Source of the DNA: Thecamonas trahens ATCC 50062
Lineage: Eukaryota > Protista > Apusomonadida
NCBI RefSeq assembly: GCF_000142905.1
Contig: NW_013657672.1
Coordinates: 328,244-392,243 of the forward strand
DNA length: 64,000 nucleotides
Direction: 5' to 3'
Part shown: positions 42,501 to 51,789 of the stretch, piece after piece
How positions within the stretch are numbered: position 1 is the stretch's first letter
Layout of the letters: the number at the start of each line of letters is the position of its first letter
Translations under genes and position numbers: made by a program
The notes under the pieces: generated by a model
The model's input: only the letters and a program-made list of their open reading frames with translations
The model's database searches: none
Told to the model about the DNA's origin: nothing

Positions 42501-43212
42501 GCCGCAGCGGACGCGAGTCATCAAGCACAAGACCTCACCGGTGTGGGAGGAGCGGCTCGAGTTTGCTGTGCCAGACATTGCCGGCAAGCGCATGTACGTC
42601 GACATCTTCGACTCGGACCGCGGCATCAACTCGGACGACCTGCTCGGGCGCTCAGAGTTTGACATCTTCTCGCTCACCGCTTATCAGACGGTCCGGGTTT
42701 CAGAGCCGCTACAGCTCGCCAAAAAGGGTTCAGTGACGTACTCGGTGCAGTGGTGCCCGTTCTGGGGCCACCCAGAGTTCCGGCTTCCGCCAGGCGGCGT
42801 CGAGCCGAGCGAGAAGTACTCAGGCATCCTCTTCTGTCACATCAAAAAGGCGACGGCGCTCGCATGGGCCTCATCGCAGCTGTGGGCCGTGGCGTCGGTC
42901 GGCCACGAGTCCGAGTCCACCGCCGTCTCGTCCAAGGCCAATGGCAACAAGCCGGTGTGGGACCACAAGCTGACGCTGCGCGTCGACGACTGGCGGAGCG
43001 ATGTCTTGCGCGTTGACCTCTTCCAGAAGACTGGGCGGAAGAAGAAAAAGACGACCGCCACCCCAGCCGGCTCGGTCAAAATCCAGGTCTCGGCCGTCTC
43101 GGCTGGCATCGAGGGTCACGTCCTCGAGCGCGCCTTTCAACTCGACGAGGTGGCGCAAGGCGCGGTCCATCTCCGGCTCATCTTTGTCTCACGCTGGGGC
43201 CTCCACGCCTGA
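39548..43212 (+). CDS. Extended-synaptotagmin/tricalbin-like SMP-C2-C2 protein with N-terminal PH domain; 2 exons, apparent 1-nt frameshift
   Basis: Exon 1 39548-39568, exon 2 from 39641 (VLREGKM...FKRGYVVL...WLFKADSPEEAQAWMRAL). Frame shifts at CCC 39945-39947. TM hairpin, SMP (VEWLNIIVEKMWPY, DFGTIP), C2 (SDPYA, PVWEE, DDLLG) and a second C2 (PVWDH). Confidence 0.82.
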
Positions 43213-43242
43213 GCATAAATCTCACAAGCTGCCACCAATCGC

Positions 43243-43803
43243 CTACGGTGGGGCTAGGACAGGCTGGGTCGGCAGCGGCTTTCCGCGGAGCTCGGCCATG
43301 CGATAGCGAGCAGCAAAGACGACGGCGGCCAGATCAGGGTCGTTGTGCTCGACGGCACGGGCGTCGACAATGTCCATCAGCCGCTTGGCATCATCCCACC
43401 GCTCGATCTGCATACAGCCGTAGGCAAGAAACAGCAGTGTCCGTGCCTCTAGCCCCGGATGACCGAGCTGGCGGGCAACGTTGTGCTGGGTCAGAGCGAG
43501 CTGCATCGCCTGCGGAGTCCGGCGCAGGGCTGAGTACGCCCCGCCCAACGTCGAGAGCCGGGCCGACGTGGCGGCCAGCATGTACCTAGAGAGCACCAAG
43601 TTGCGCAGACGGCCATCCCACTGTGGATCAAGTGGATACGGCTCCCCCGTCCAAGCCAGCACCTCGCCGGTCTCAGGATCGATTCGCTCCACCACGGCCC
43701 TGCCCGCGGCTGACTCAGCCCCGGCCCCGCCAGCATAGGTCACGACCGCCAGCTGCTCGCTTGCGCCATGCTCATCGTCGACGTCTTCGACCACCGGATC
43801 CAT
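43243..43803 (-). CDS. DUF4807-like conserved protein
   Basis: RLSTLGGAYSAL motif followed by TPR-like helices. An upstream exon is possible. Confidence 0.65.
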   Translation of the reverse strand: MDPVVEDVDDEHGASEQLAVVTYAGGAGAESAAGRAVVERIDPETGEVLAWTGEPYPLDPQWDGRLRNLVLSRYMLAATSARLSTLGGAYSALRRTPQAMQLALTQHNVARQLGHPGLEARTLLFLAYGCMQIERWDDAKRLMDIVDARAVEHNDPDLAAVVFAARYRMAELRGKPLPTQPVLAPP

Positions 43804-44155
43804 CACCGTCCACAATAACTAACCGCACAGAGATGTGAAGAGAGTGGAGAGGAGTGTGAGCAGGGGAAGTTGTCTGTCTCGGTGGCCTCGCTGGCTGACG
43901 CGGGGGGGGGGGGGGGGGGGGAGGGGTGACTGCTGCTGATCATGGCGCCCGCCGCGTGTATAGACACCAAAGACGATGGTGGAACCAGTTGGATGTGGGG
44001 TTAGAGGCTGGAGGAGGGATTGTGTGATGAGTGAGGGTATGGGAGATGGAGGGCTGCATGGAGGGCTGGCGGTCTGGGGAAGAAGGGCGATGGAGAAGAG
44101 CATGCCGCTCCGTTCGCCCACGGGCACCGGCATCACCTCACTTGGACGGTGTGGT

Positions 44156-44764
44156 ATGGGACGACGACGTGGACGGCGGCGGACGGGACGAGGGAAGGGC
44201 CGGGATACGCATCATGCACTGACGCTGACGCTGACCTTTACGCTGCGGAGTACCGAGGAGGTAGTGGCCTTTGAGGCTGTGCTGGGTCAAGTCGCTCAGG
44301 CAGCGGCGGGGCAGGCCGGGTGCACCCGGTACGAGATCTTGCGCGTGGTGGGTGGCCCGGGGCTGGAGCGGCCGCAGTATACGGTGATTGAGTCTTGGGC
44401 CTCGCTTGCTGCCCTCAATACTCATCTGGAGACGCCGAGTGTCGTCGCTGCCAATGCCGCGCTTGTCCCGCTGCTGCATGAGTCGGTCGAGGCGCGAACG
44501 CATGTGCCGCTGGCCAAGGCAAGGCGCCGTGTCGTTGCGGACGGTGAAGGGGTTCGTGACGAAGGCGATGGCGGTGATGGAGGCGTCGTCGACAAAGACA
44601 ACGTAGGGAGCAATGCCGGTGTCGATGACGAGGATCCAGGGAGCGATGACGACGATTCAGGGAGCGATGACGAGAGCGATGACGACGATTCAGGGAGCGA
44701 TGACGAGAGCGATGATGGGAGCAACTCGCTGGACGACCTGCTCGGATCCTCGGCTTCATTATGA
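44156..44764 (+). CDS. ABM (antibiotic biosynthesis monooxygenase-like) domain protein with basic N-terminus and acidic tail
   Basis: AGCTRYEIL...YTVIESWASLAALNTHLETP; D/S-rich repeated C-terminus. Confidence 0.75.
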   Translation: MGRRRGRRRTGRGKGRDTHHALTLTLTFTLRSTEEVVAFEAVLGQVAQAAAGQAGCTRYEILRVVGGPGLERPQYTVIESWASLAALNTHLETPSVVAANAALVPLLHESVEARTHVPLAKARRRVVADGEGVRDEGDGGDGGVVDKDNVGSNAGVDDEDPGSDDDDSGSDDESDDDDSGSDDESDDGSNSLDDLLGSSASL

Positions 44765-44839
44765 CCTCACTCGTTGTACTCATTCGACATCAACACCTCC
44801 TTTGGTCCCTGACCGGGCTAGTCCCCGAGCTGGGCACAC

Positions 44840-45961
44840 CTACCGGTGCAGCCGATTAAGGACGGCACGCGCAAGAAACTGAGAACGCGCGAGAACGCGA
44901 ACCTCCTTGAGAAATTGCGGAAGCGGGATGATGCCAGTTTGTAGGGCGCGGTTGAGAAAGTAAAATGCGTCCTCGATGGCCATGTTCTCTGCCACGGCGT
45001 CCAGCAGCTGCTGTTGGCGCGGTGTGGCCGGGACGATGTCGGCATCGACGCTGTACGGCGGGCGTGCGAGCTCAGTCTCGATCACGGCCTGCGCCTCGTC
45101 GGTGGTACGTGCAATCATATGGCACGCTTGCCGGGTTGCCGCCAGTTCGGCCTCCAAGCGCATAATACCGGTCTCCAGCTGGCTCCGCCCATCCTTGAAC
45201 CTGCTCTCCAGATCGCAGAGCCGCGCCACGTCATGGTTCGCCTCGAGCTCAAACGTCTGCAGCGCACGCGTCAGCTTTTCGCGCACCGCGCTCTGCAGCG
45301 ACTCAAGCATAATCGCAGCCTCCTGCTCCTGCTCCTGCTCACGGGTAGCATGCGCAACGTCGGCAGCATCGACGGCGTCGGCGTCGGCGTTGGCAGCGGC
45401 AACAGGTGGAGGCTCGTCATAAGCCGGTGGTGCCGGGCGATCGTCAAACGCTGGTGGAGGTGGCATCGGCGGCGGGCCTCCAACACTGACATTGGGACTC
45501 GCATGAGATATAGGTAGAGTGAACGCCAGTGCAGGCGCAGTTGCAGGCTCGGGCGGCTTGGAGTACAGCGGCGGGTCGATCGAGTACACATCGGACATGT
45601 GGACGAGAAGCGCGACGAGCGATGAGCCATTATCACCGTTCCACTGGTCGAGGTACTCAAGGCGACAGCGGCCAGCAAGATCGACGTGCGGGTGGCCGAC
45701 CTTGAAGGTCATGTTGGGCGCCGGGGTGATGTACGTCTCGGGCGGTGAGTACGGGTAGTCGTGCCGGAGCCAGAGAGTGATTGGCAGGTTGTACCGCTGG
45801 CCCTGGTAAACAATGGGCACGGTACCCGTGAGACAGACCATCGGCACCGCCACTTCGCTCACCGTACTGCCGTCGACATACTGCCCGGCTCTGGCCAGGA
45901 GCGACGGATAGACCTCGACAGCATGCCCCACCTCGTCGACCACCCGGGCACCCTCAGGGTA
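44840..45961 (-). CDS. TSG101: ESCRT-I subunit TSG101/Vps23 (main exon; first exon unresolved near the gap at 46196-46326)
   Basis: UEV domain LTGTVPIVYQGQRYNLPITLWLRHDYPYSPP, Pro-rich linker, coiled coil, SB box AENMAIEDAFYFL...FLKEVRVLARSQF. Acceptor CAG at 45964-45962. Confidence 0.93.
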   Translation of the reverse strand, partial: YPEGARVVDEVGHAVEVYPSLLARAGQYVDGSTVSEVAVPMVCLTGTVPIVYQGQRYNLPITLWLRHDYPYSPPETYITPAPNMTFKVGHPHVDLAGRCRLEYLDQWNGDNGSSLVALLVHMSDVYSIDPPLYSKPPEPATAPALAFTLPISHASPNVSVGGPPPMPPPPAFDDRPAPPAYDEPPPVAAANADADAVDAADVAHATREQEQEQEAAIMLESLQSAVREKLTRALQTFELEANHDVARLCDLESRFKDGRSQLETGIMRLEAELAATRQACHMIARTTDEAQAVIETELARPPYSVDADIVPATPRQQQLLDAVAENMAIEDAFYFLNRALQTGIIPLPQFLKEVRVLARSQFLARAVLNRLHR

Positions 45962-46517
45962 CTGTCCGCCACCGCCACCGCCACCGCCACCGCCACCGCC
46001 ACCGCCACCGCCACCGCCACCGCCACCGCCACACCGGGCATCGCAACCGTCAGCAGCCGTGTCAACCGGCGGCATCCGCGTCAATCGTCCCCATCCATCT
46101 GTCATACATGAGTCCAAGCCGTACATCGCGGGCAGAGAGATGGATGGTGGGAGGGGGAGGGGGACGGGGGGAGAGAAAGGGGATATTGAGCCAGCNNNNN
46201 NNNNNNNNNNNNNNNNNNNNNNNNNNNNNNNNNNNNNNNNNNNNNNNNNNNNNNNNNNNNNNNNNNNNNNNNNNNNNNNNNNNNNNNNNNNNNNNNNNNN
46301 NNNNNNNNNNNNNNNNNNNNNNNNNNCATCCCCATCCCCATCCCCATCCCCATCCCTCCTCTCTCCCCCCCTTCCTGCTCGCATCAACCCGTTTCTTTTG
46401 CCGCCACTGGCGTTTCAGCCAAGGTAGCAGTCGGGGAGAGACACGGGAGGAATCTGCGGCGAGACGGCAACACTTGTCGCTGACAGCTGTGGCAACCAAG
46501 GGGCCATACAACAGAAA

Positions 46518-46721
46518 ATGGAGCACTTTAAGCAGTCATGGAACCGGCCGTCTGAGATCTGGGCACTTCTCAAGTTCAAGTTTACCACCAAGCACGGAGC
46601 TGACCTCCCGCCGCTCTCCGACTCGCTCTCGGACCTCGAGTGGTTGCATGTCAAGCTTGTCCAGACCTCCCGTTCCTTTGCGGGCGTCATCAGGGAGATG
46701 CACTCGGAGCTCCAGCTTCCT
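46518..46721 (+). CDS. FDFT1: Squalene synthase, first exon only (remainder not found in window)
   Basis: MEHFKQSWNRPSEIWALLKFKF...KLVQTSRSFAGVIREMHSELQLP followed by donor GTACGT at 46722. TSRSFA-VI is the squalene synthase region I signature. Confidence 0.75.
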
Positions 46722-46941
46722 GTACGTAGAGATTATTCCTTCTACACCACACACATACCCATATTCCAATCCATGTCATATCATGCTCCACCATCTACAT
46801 CTCCCCGTCACACACTCCGTCCACCTCTCGGACGAACGAGGGGGGATCGCCCAAAATCACCGCACATTGCCGTTTGGAGGGGGGGAGGGGGGGGGGGGGG
46901 GGGGGGGAATGGTGGAACAGGTCTTCCCCCCTCCTCCCCAA

Positions 46942-46942
46942 A

Positions 46943-47007
<65 letters not shown>
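46942..47007. repeat. (CA)n microsatellite
   Basis: About 30 CA units. Shorter (GT)n tracts occur at ~14592-14618, ~17236-17283 and ~24127-24150. Confidence 0.95.
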
Positions 47008-47010
<3 letters not shown>

Positions 47011-47024
47011 CACGCATGGCGTAC

Positions 47025-47078
47025 CTGTCGTGCAAGTAGCATCCAGTCCGGTTCGTAAGCGGCCCTGCTGCCGGCCAT
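47025..47078 (-). CDS. Putative orphan first exon MAGSRAAYEPDWMLLARQ
   Basis: aacATGG start context, 18 codons, then the locally typical donor GTACGC followed by (TG)n intron-like sequence. Confidence 0.45.
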
Positions 47079-47252
47079 GTTCACGACTGCTCCTGCCCCC
47101 GAGACGTGTGTGGGGGTGCCGGTGCTGGCTGGCGGTGAGAGCGGGAGCACTTGGCGGAACAGATCGCCTTTGCAGTGCGCCAACAGCCGTCTGTACGCAG
47201 AGGCGCGGGAACGGTCTCGCGTGGACAATCGACGGTTCAATACTGATCATCA

Positions 47253-49703
47253 TCAGCTGTAGTGGGAGGTGGGATCGGGGCCGGAGGCGGAGGCGGGCGT
47301 GGCCGCATGAGCGGTGTCGGCGGCCGGCGATGCATGCACCAGGCCTATCAGCTCATCCTGGAACTCGGCAAGGGTTGGGCCGAGGGCAAGCAGCCAGGCT
47401 TGCATCTCATTGAACGAGGCTGCGAGCCAGTGGATAGTTCGGCCGTCGTTGAGCTCGATGGAAAAGCCCGAGGAAGAGCCCGAGTCTTGGTACATGGCCT
47501 CGATGTCGACGAGCGTGGCCATGCCCTTAAAGACAAAGAAGCCCTCCTTCTTCGATGGCTTTGTCCACACCATGACGTCCGAGAAGAGAAAGACGTAGAA
47601 AGTCTCGACCTTTTTGCTAGTGCCGGAGCTCCCACCACAGCGCTCGAGCGGCCCCTCCTTGCGCACAACTCGCTCCGAGTTGCCAGAAATGTCAAAGGGG
47701 CAGTCGCGGACGGCGGCCTTGACCATCACGACCCGCTGCCAGTTGATCATCCGGGTCTGAGCCGCGTGGACCTCCGAGGCCAGCGCGTCAAGGCGGGCCG
47801 CGTGGTCCGGAAGCAGTGATCCGGGCTCGGCCACGGCCGCCAGCTGTGTGACCAGCAGCGTCAGCGCCGCGAGCCGCTTGAGCGGAACCATGAGCAGTTG
47901 CTCGAGCTTGCTCTTGTACGCCACAGTCGCCTCGGTCCGCGCCGCGGCCTCGCTCAGAAAGTCGAGGAAGGCTCGATGCGCTCCGGGAGCTTCGCGGACC
48001 TTGGTCAACTCGCCAAGGGCCAGCGCCGAGTTCATGCCGTACGTTCGGTACAGCGAGGTGATGTCATCCATCGCTCCCGCGAGCACACTGTCGAGGCCAG
48101 CAGCAGTGGGCGACTCGGCCGAGTTTGCCCGCAGCGCTTCGAGAAACTCGCTGTGAAAGGCAAAGAGCGACTCGACGTTGCAAAAGATGATCTCGCGCTT
48201 ATCCACCGCGAGCGTGTTGGCGCCCAGAAACCGGAGCGGCATGAGGTAGTCGTATGTGACGGTGGCGAGCTGAGCCACATGCTTCTCCTCAGAAGCGATG
48301 AGCTCGCGTACCAACTCGAGGCGGCGAACGTCGTTCGGTGTGAGCGAAACAAGGTTGGCAGCGCCAGACGATCCGTCTTCGGCGTCGGACGCCAACAGCA
48401 CCCGTGCCACAAACTGGTCGGTCTCGCCGGGCTTGCCGCCGTGGACTTGCGGGCCGTCGCGGTCAAAGTCACCGGATGGAACGGCCTCGGTAGACTCGGA
48501 CGCCGACGAGGTGCGAATGCTGAGCGCATCGTCGGCGGCCGACGCTCCCTCGGCTTCAGTGCCAACGAGTGCGTCGTGGACCGACGGCGGGCGGGGATAG
48601 ACATCTAACAGTGATCCGAGCTGGGAGAGCGAGGTGTGGAGCGCAACTGTGCGCGCTGCGGCATCGGTCAGATTGCGCGCCGCAGCCACAATGGACTGGA
48701 CAACAGAGTCGAGTGCTGTCGTCGTCATTCCATTGCGCCCGTTGAACAGAATGCGGGCCTTGCTGGCAAAGGCTACAGCAGCATTGACCAGGTCCTGGCT
48801 GTCAAAGCCCTGCAGAGCGGTGACAGCTGCGGCCAGCATGTGGACCTGCTTGACGACGGCGAGAACCGCGGCGCGGAGCTCGCCATAGTGGCGGGCGCCA
48901 AGGTGGTTGACAAAGACCCGCAGCCGGTGTCGAAGCAGCTCGTTGTGGTCTTCGGGCGAGGCGTTGTGTTCGTTCACCACTGGCGCCGTCAGCTGGGACC
49001 ACGAGCGGCGGCCGACGCCGGTATGCGGCGGTGCCGGGCGAGCCGATGTCGGCAGAGTCGATGATCGCCCGGCAAGCGCCATGTTACGCAGCGCGGATGG
49101 CTGTGAGCACTCTGGGCAGAGCGGGCGAGAGTCAGGACCGCGAAAGTAGCCGTGATCTAGGACGGCGGAGCAGGCTGAGCAGACAAAGCAGGATGCGTGC
49201 CACATCGAGTCACAGGCGCGGATGTGCGCGCCGTCGGTGATCGGCTTTGTGCAAGCCGAGCAAATGTAGCCAAGGCGAGTGTAGTAGTGCTCGGGGCAGT
49301 AAGGTTTGTTGCGATGAACGTGATATGAGCTGGTGAAGGCACAGGCGCAGACGGTACAGACAAAGCAGGCCTGATGCCAGTGACGATCGAGCTCGTACAG
49401 GTGTGCGCCGACAATGACATCGCCGCAGCCTTGGCACGTCAGATGATGAAGAGCATTAAAATGATCAGCACAGTACACGTAGCCTGAGGTCTTGTCCAGA
49501 AACGGCTCTGCAACCACCAGATCCAGGCCACACTCTTTGCACGCCATGTGCTCGGCGTGCCATCGGGTGCCAAAGGCCTCCACCGCGCCGGCCTCGTCTG
49601 CGGGCACATGCAGACCGCAGCCACCACACGTACCACCAGCACCATCGGCACCAGCATACGCGTCATTCCTTACACTTCCCTCTGCCCTCTGCTCTTCCGA
49701 CAT
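47253..49703 (-). CDS. Three LIM domains + helical bundle + RhoGEF (DH) + PH protein
   Basis: Three CxxC...WHxx(C/H)xxCxxC...CxxH/C LIM units. DH RRLELVRELIASEEKHV, IFCNVESL, LEQLLMVPLKRL. PH VRKEGPL, FYVFLFSDVMVW, EMQAWL. Confidence 0.9.
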   Translation of the reverse strand: MSEEQRAEGSVRNDAYAGADGAGGTCGGCGLHVPADEAGAVEAFGTRWHAEHMACKECGLDLVVAEPFLDKTSGYVYCADHFNALHHLTCQGCGDVIVGAHLYELDRHWHQACFVCTVCACAFTSSYHVHRNKPYCPEHYYTRLGYICSACTKPITDGAHIRACDSMWHASCFVCSACSAVLDHGYFRGPDSRPLCPECSQPSALRNMALAGRSSTLPTSARPAPPHTGVGRRSWSQLTAPVVNEHNASPEDHNELLRHRLRVFVNHLGARHYGELRAAVLAVVKQVHMLAAAVTALQGFDSQDLVNAAVAFASKARILFNGRNGMTTTALDSVVQSIVAAARNLTDAAARTVALHTSLSQLGSLLDVYPRPPSVHDALVGTEAEGASAADDALSIRTSSASESTEAVPSGDFDRDGPQVHGGKPGETDQFVARVLLASDAEDGSSGAANLVSLTPNDVRRLELVRELIASEEKHVAQLATVTYDYLMPLRFLGANTLAVDKREIIFCNVESLFAFHSEFLEALRANSAESPTAAGLDSVLAGAMDDITSLYRTYGMNSALALGELTKVREAPGAHRAFLDFLSEAAARTEATVAYKSKLEQLLMVPLKRLAALTLLVTQLAAVAEPGSLLPDHAARLDALASEVHAAQTRMINWQRVVMVKAAVRDCPFDISGNSERVVRKEGPLERCGGSSGTSKKVETFYVFLFSDVMVWTKPSKKEGFFVFKGMATLVDIEAMYQDSGSSSGFSIELNDGRTIHWLAASFNEMQAWLLALGPTLAEFQDELIGLVHASPAADTAHAATPASASGPDPTSHYS

Positions 49704-49861
49704 GTCTGTCGTGTGTGGCGGAAGGGGGGTGGGGGGGGGGGGGGTGGGGGGGAGTCGGGTGGTGGGCGGCGAAGTGAGCAACGTTCGCTCGGCGGAATTG
49801 GCAACGGATTTAGGGGAGCGGGAGGGAGAGGGAGGGAGGGAGGAAGGGAGGGAGGGGCTGA

Positions 49862-49955
49862 GCATCAGATCTCAATCCGATCATATCATATGACATCAGA
49901 TCAGGATCATATCATATGTCATCAGATCAGATCAGACCAGATCAAATCAGATCAG
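49862..49955. promoter_or_regulatory. GATCA/ATCAG-rich array in divergent intergenic region
   Basis: atcagatcagatcagaccagatcaaatcagatcagg and neighbouring copies, between the LIM-RhoGEF and hydrolase starts. Regulatory role is inferred. Confidence 0.4.
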
Positions 49956-50065
49956 GCCATGTCGCTGGTCACCAGGTGCGACCACATGAGCCAGGCTGTC
50001 CACGTCGCCGATGCGATTGCTGCAAGAGGGGAAGGCATAACAGACTTGACTTTAGACCAAACACT

Positions 50066-50947
50066 ATGGCAGAGACCGTGGCTCCGGTGGTGATCGAAAC
50101 AAGCGTGGCGACGACGGATGCGGCTGGATCGATGCTGGCGGTAGCGCTGACGCTGCCTGCAGAGCGGGCTGGCGAGGCGGCGGCGTGGGAGGCGGCGTTG
50201 GGCAGCGGGGCACCGGTGGCTTCCGGAGCGCCGGCAGTGATGGTGTGCCACGGGCTGTTTGGCCACAAGGACAACGTGTTCTTCCGGGCGCTGGGTCTGG
50301 CATTGGCACGCAAGGGCCTGGTCGCGCTTCGCATCACCTGCCGCGGCAACCGCGGCTCCGGTGGGGCATGGGCCATGTCGGGCTACGCTGATGACGTGGA
50401 CGACATGCTGGCGGTGATGGCGGCAACTCGGGCTGGACTCGGCCTCGAGTTTGTGGCCCTCATCGGCCACTCACGCGGCGGCAACTCGGTGGTGCTTGCT
50501 GGTGCCGATCCGCGGTGCCCGTCGTCGGTTGTTGCTGTTGTCGCCCTTGCCCCGCGGAGGCTCATGCCGGCCATCGTCCCGCGGTACTTTACCGAGAGCC
50601 AGGTGGCCATCATCCGAGCCGCCGGCTCGCTCCGCTGGGTCCCGGCCTTCAAGCCGTCTGTTGAGGTCACCATCACTACCCAAGACCTCGACACGCTGCT
50701 GGGCCTTGACATGGACGCAGCCTATGCCGCGCTCGACTCCATGTCTTCCCGAACAGTCACCGTCGTCCACGGCGACGCTGATGCGGTCATTCCGGTCGAT
50801 GACTCGGCCTCGCTGCCGGCTGCCTTCCCGTCGGTCGGCTTTGTCTGCGTTCCCGGAGCCGACCATCTGTTCACCAACACGCCCGACGCATCAGACGCGG
50901 TCGTCACCGCCGCCATCGACGCCGTCGTCGCCGCCTCCTCTACCTAG
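50066..50947 (+). CDS. Alpha/beta-hydrolase (serine aminopeptidase S33-like)
   Basis: CHGLFG, nucleophile GHSRGG, VHGDADAVIP, GADHLF. Confidence 0.88.
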   Translation: MAETVAPVVIETSVATTDAAGSMLAVALTLPAERAGEAAAWEAALGSGAPVASGAPAVMVCHGLFGHKDNVFFRALGLALARKGLVALRITCRGNRGSGGAWAMSGYADDVDDMLAVMAATRAGLGLEFVALIGHSRGGNSVVLAGADPRCPSSVVAVVALAPRRLMPAIVPRYFTESQVAIIRAAGSLRWVPAFKPSVEVTITTQDLDTLLGLDMDAAYAALDSMSSRTVTVVHGDADAVIPVDDSASLPAAFPSVGFVCVPGADHLFTNTPDASDAVVTAAIDAVVAASST

Positions 50948-51641
50948 AGCATGTCGTCTTGGTACTCGTCGGCAACAGGCGCCAGATCGTCGGTTGAACG
51001 CGGTGGAATCGGTGCTCCCGGAGCATTGGCACGCAGCGGCTGGCCGGGGCCGAGCGACGCCGCCATGCCGTGGCGGAAGATCACAAATATGGCCACAAGG
51101 GCAGCGATGAAGCCCGAGCCAGCCATGAGAGTCGTAAAGAGGTAGAACCAGTACCATCCGAGGGTGGCGTTGGCGTTATTGGCGATGTACACCACCTCGA
51201 CCGAGAAGCAGGTCGAGAGAACGGTGGTGGACGCAGCGAGAACACCGAGGAGATACAGCGGGACACGCGGCGGGTACAAGCCCGCCATGGCCGGCGACGA
51301 CGAGATCACGTAGAACCGATAGGTGAGGAAGACCGCACTGAAGCCCGGCAGCACAAAGGCAAAGACCCACAGCCACCATCCAACCGCAAAGCATACCGTA
51401 CCTGACTCGTCCTCGTCGATCATCAGCCGTGATGGGCGGGTGAGTGGGTGGGCATGTCGGCAGGCCGGGGTCAGTCTGCTGTGGGTTCGGCTGGGTAGCA
51501 ACCCCTCCCCCTCCCCTCCCCTCCCCTCCCCCTCTCCTGCCTCGCGCTCCACCTACCAAACGCCGTCTGTCCCGCAGCCGCGTGCAAAAGGGTGTGGTGA
51601 ATGTGTGCAGGTGCCTGGGTTAGGTCAGAGTTGCGCAACAT
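50944..51641 (-). CDS. Small 3-TM membrane protein of unknown function, 2 exons
   Basis: Exon 1 51641-51557, phase-1 intron GTAGGT...GTCAG, exon 2 51401-50944 with three hydrophobic segments. Confidence 0.55.
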
Positions 51642-51789
51642 GGGCAATGACTTGGTGGCGCGAGTCAGGTGCTGTCAGCTGTCAGCTACGGGGGCGCTAC
51701 CACGTGCTGGGTGGAGGGGGGGGAGGGGAGGGGGGGGGGAGGGGGGGGGGACATGGGGAAATGGTGCATTCCTTGAAAGACTACAGCAC

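Noticed and set aside
45962-46125. Poly-Gly N-terminal extension of TSG101 in the ORF track
   Set aside because: More likely intronic (GGTGGC)n upstream of a CAG acceptor. Homology begins at YPEGARV.
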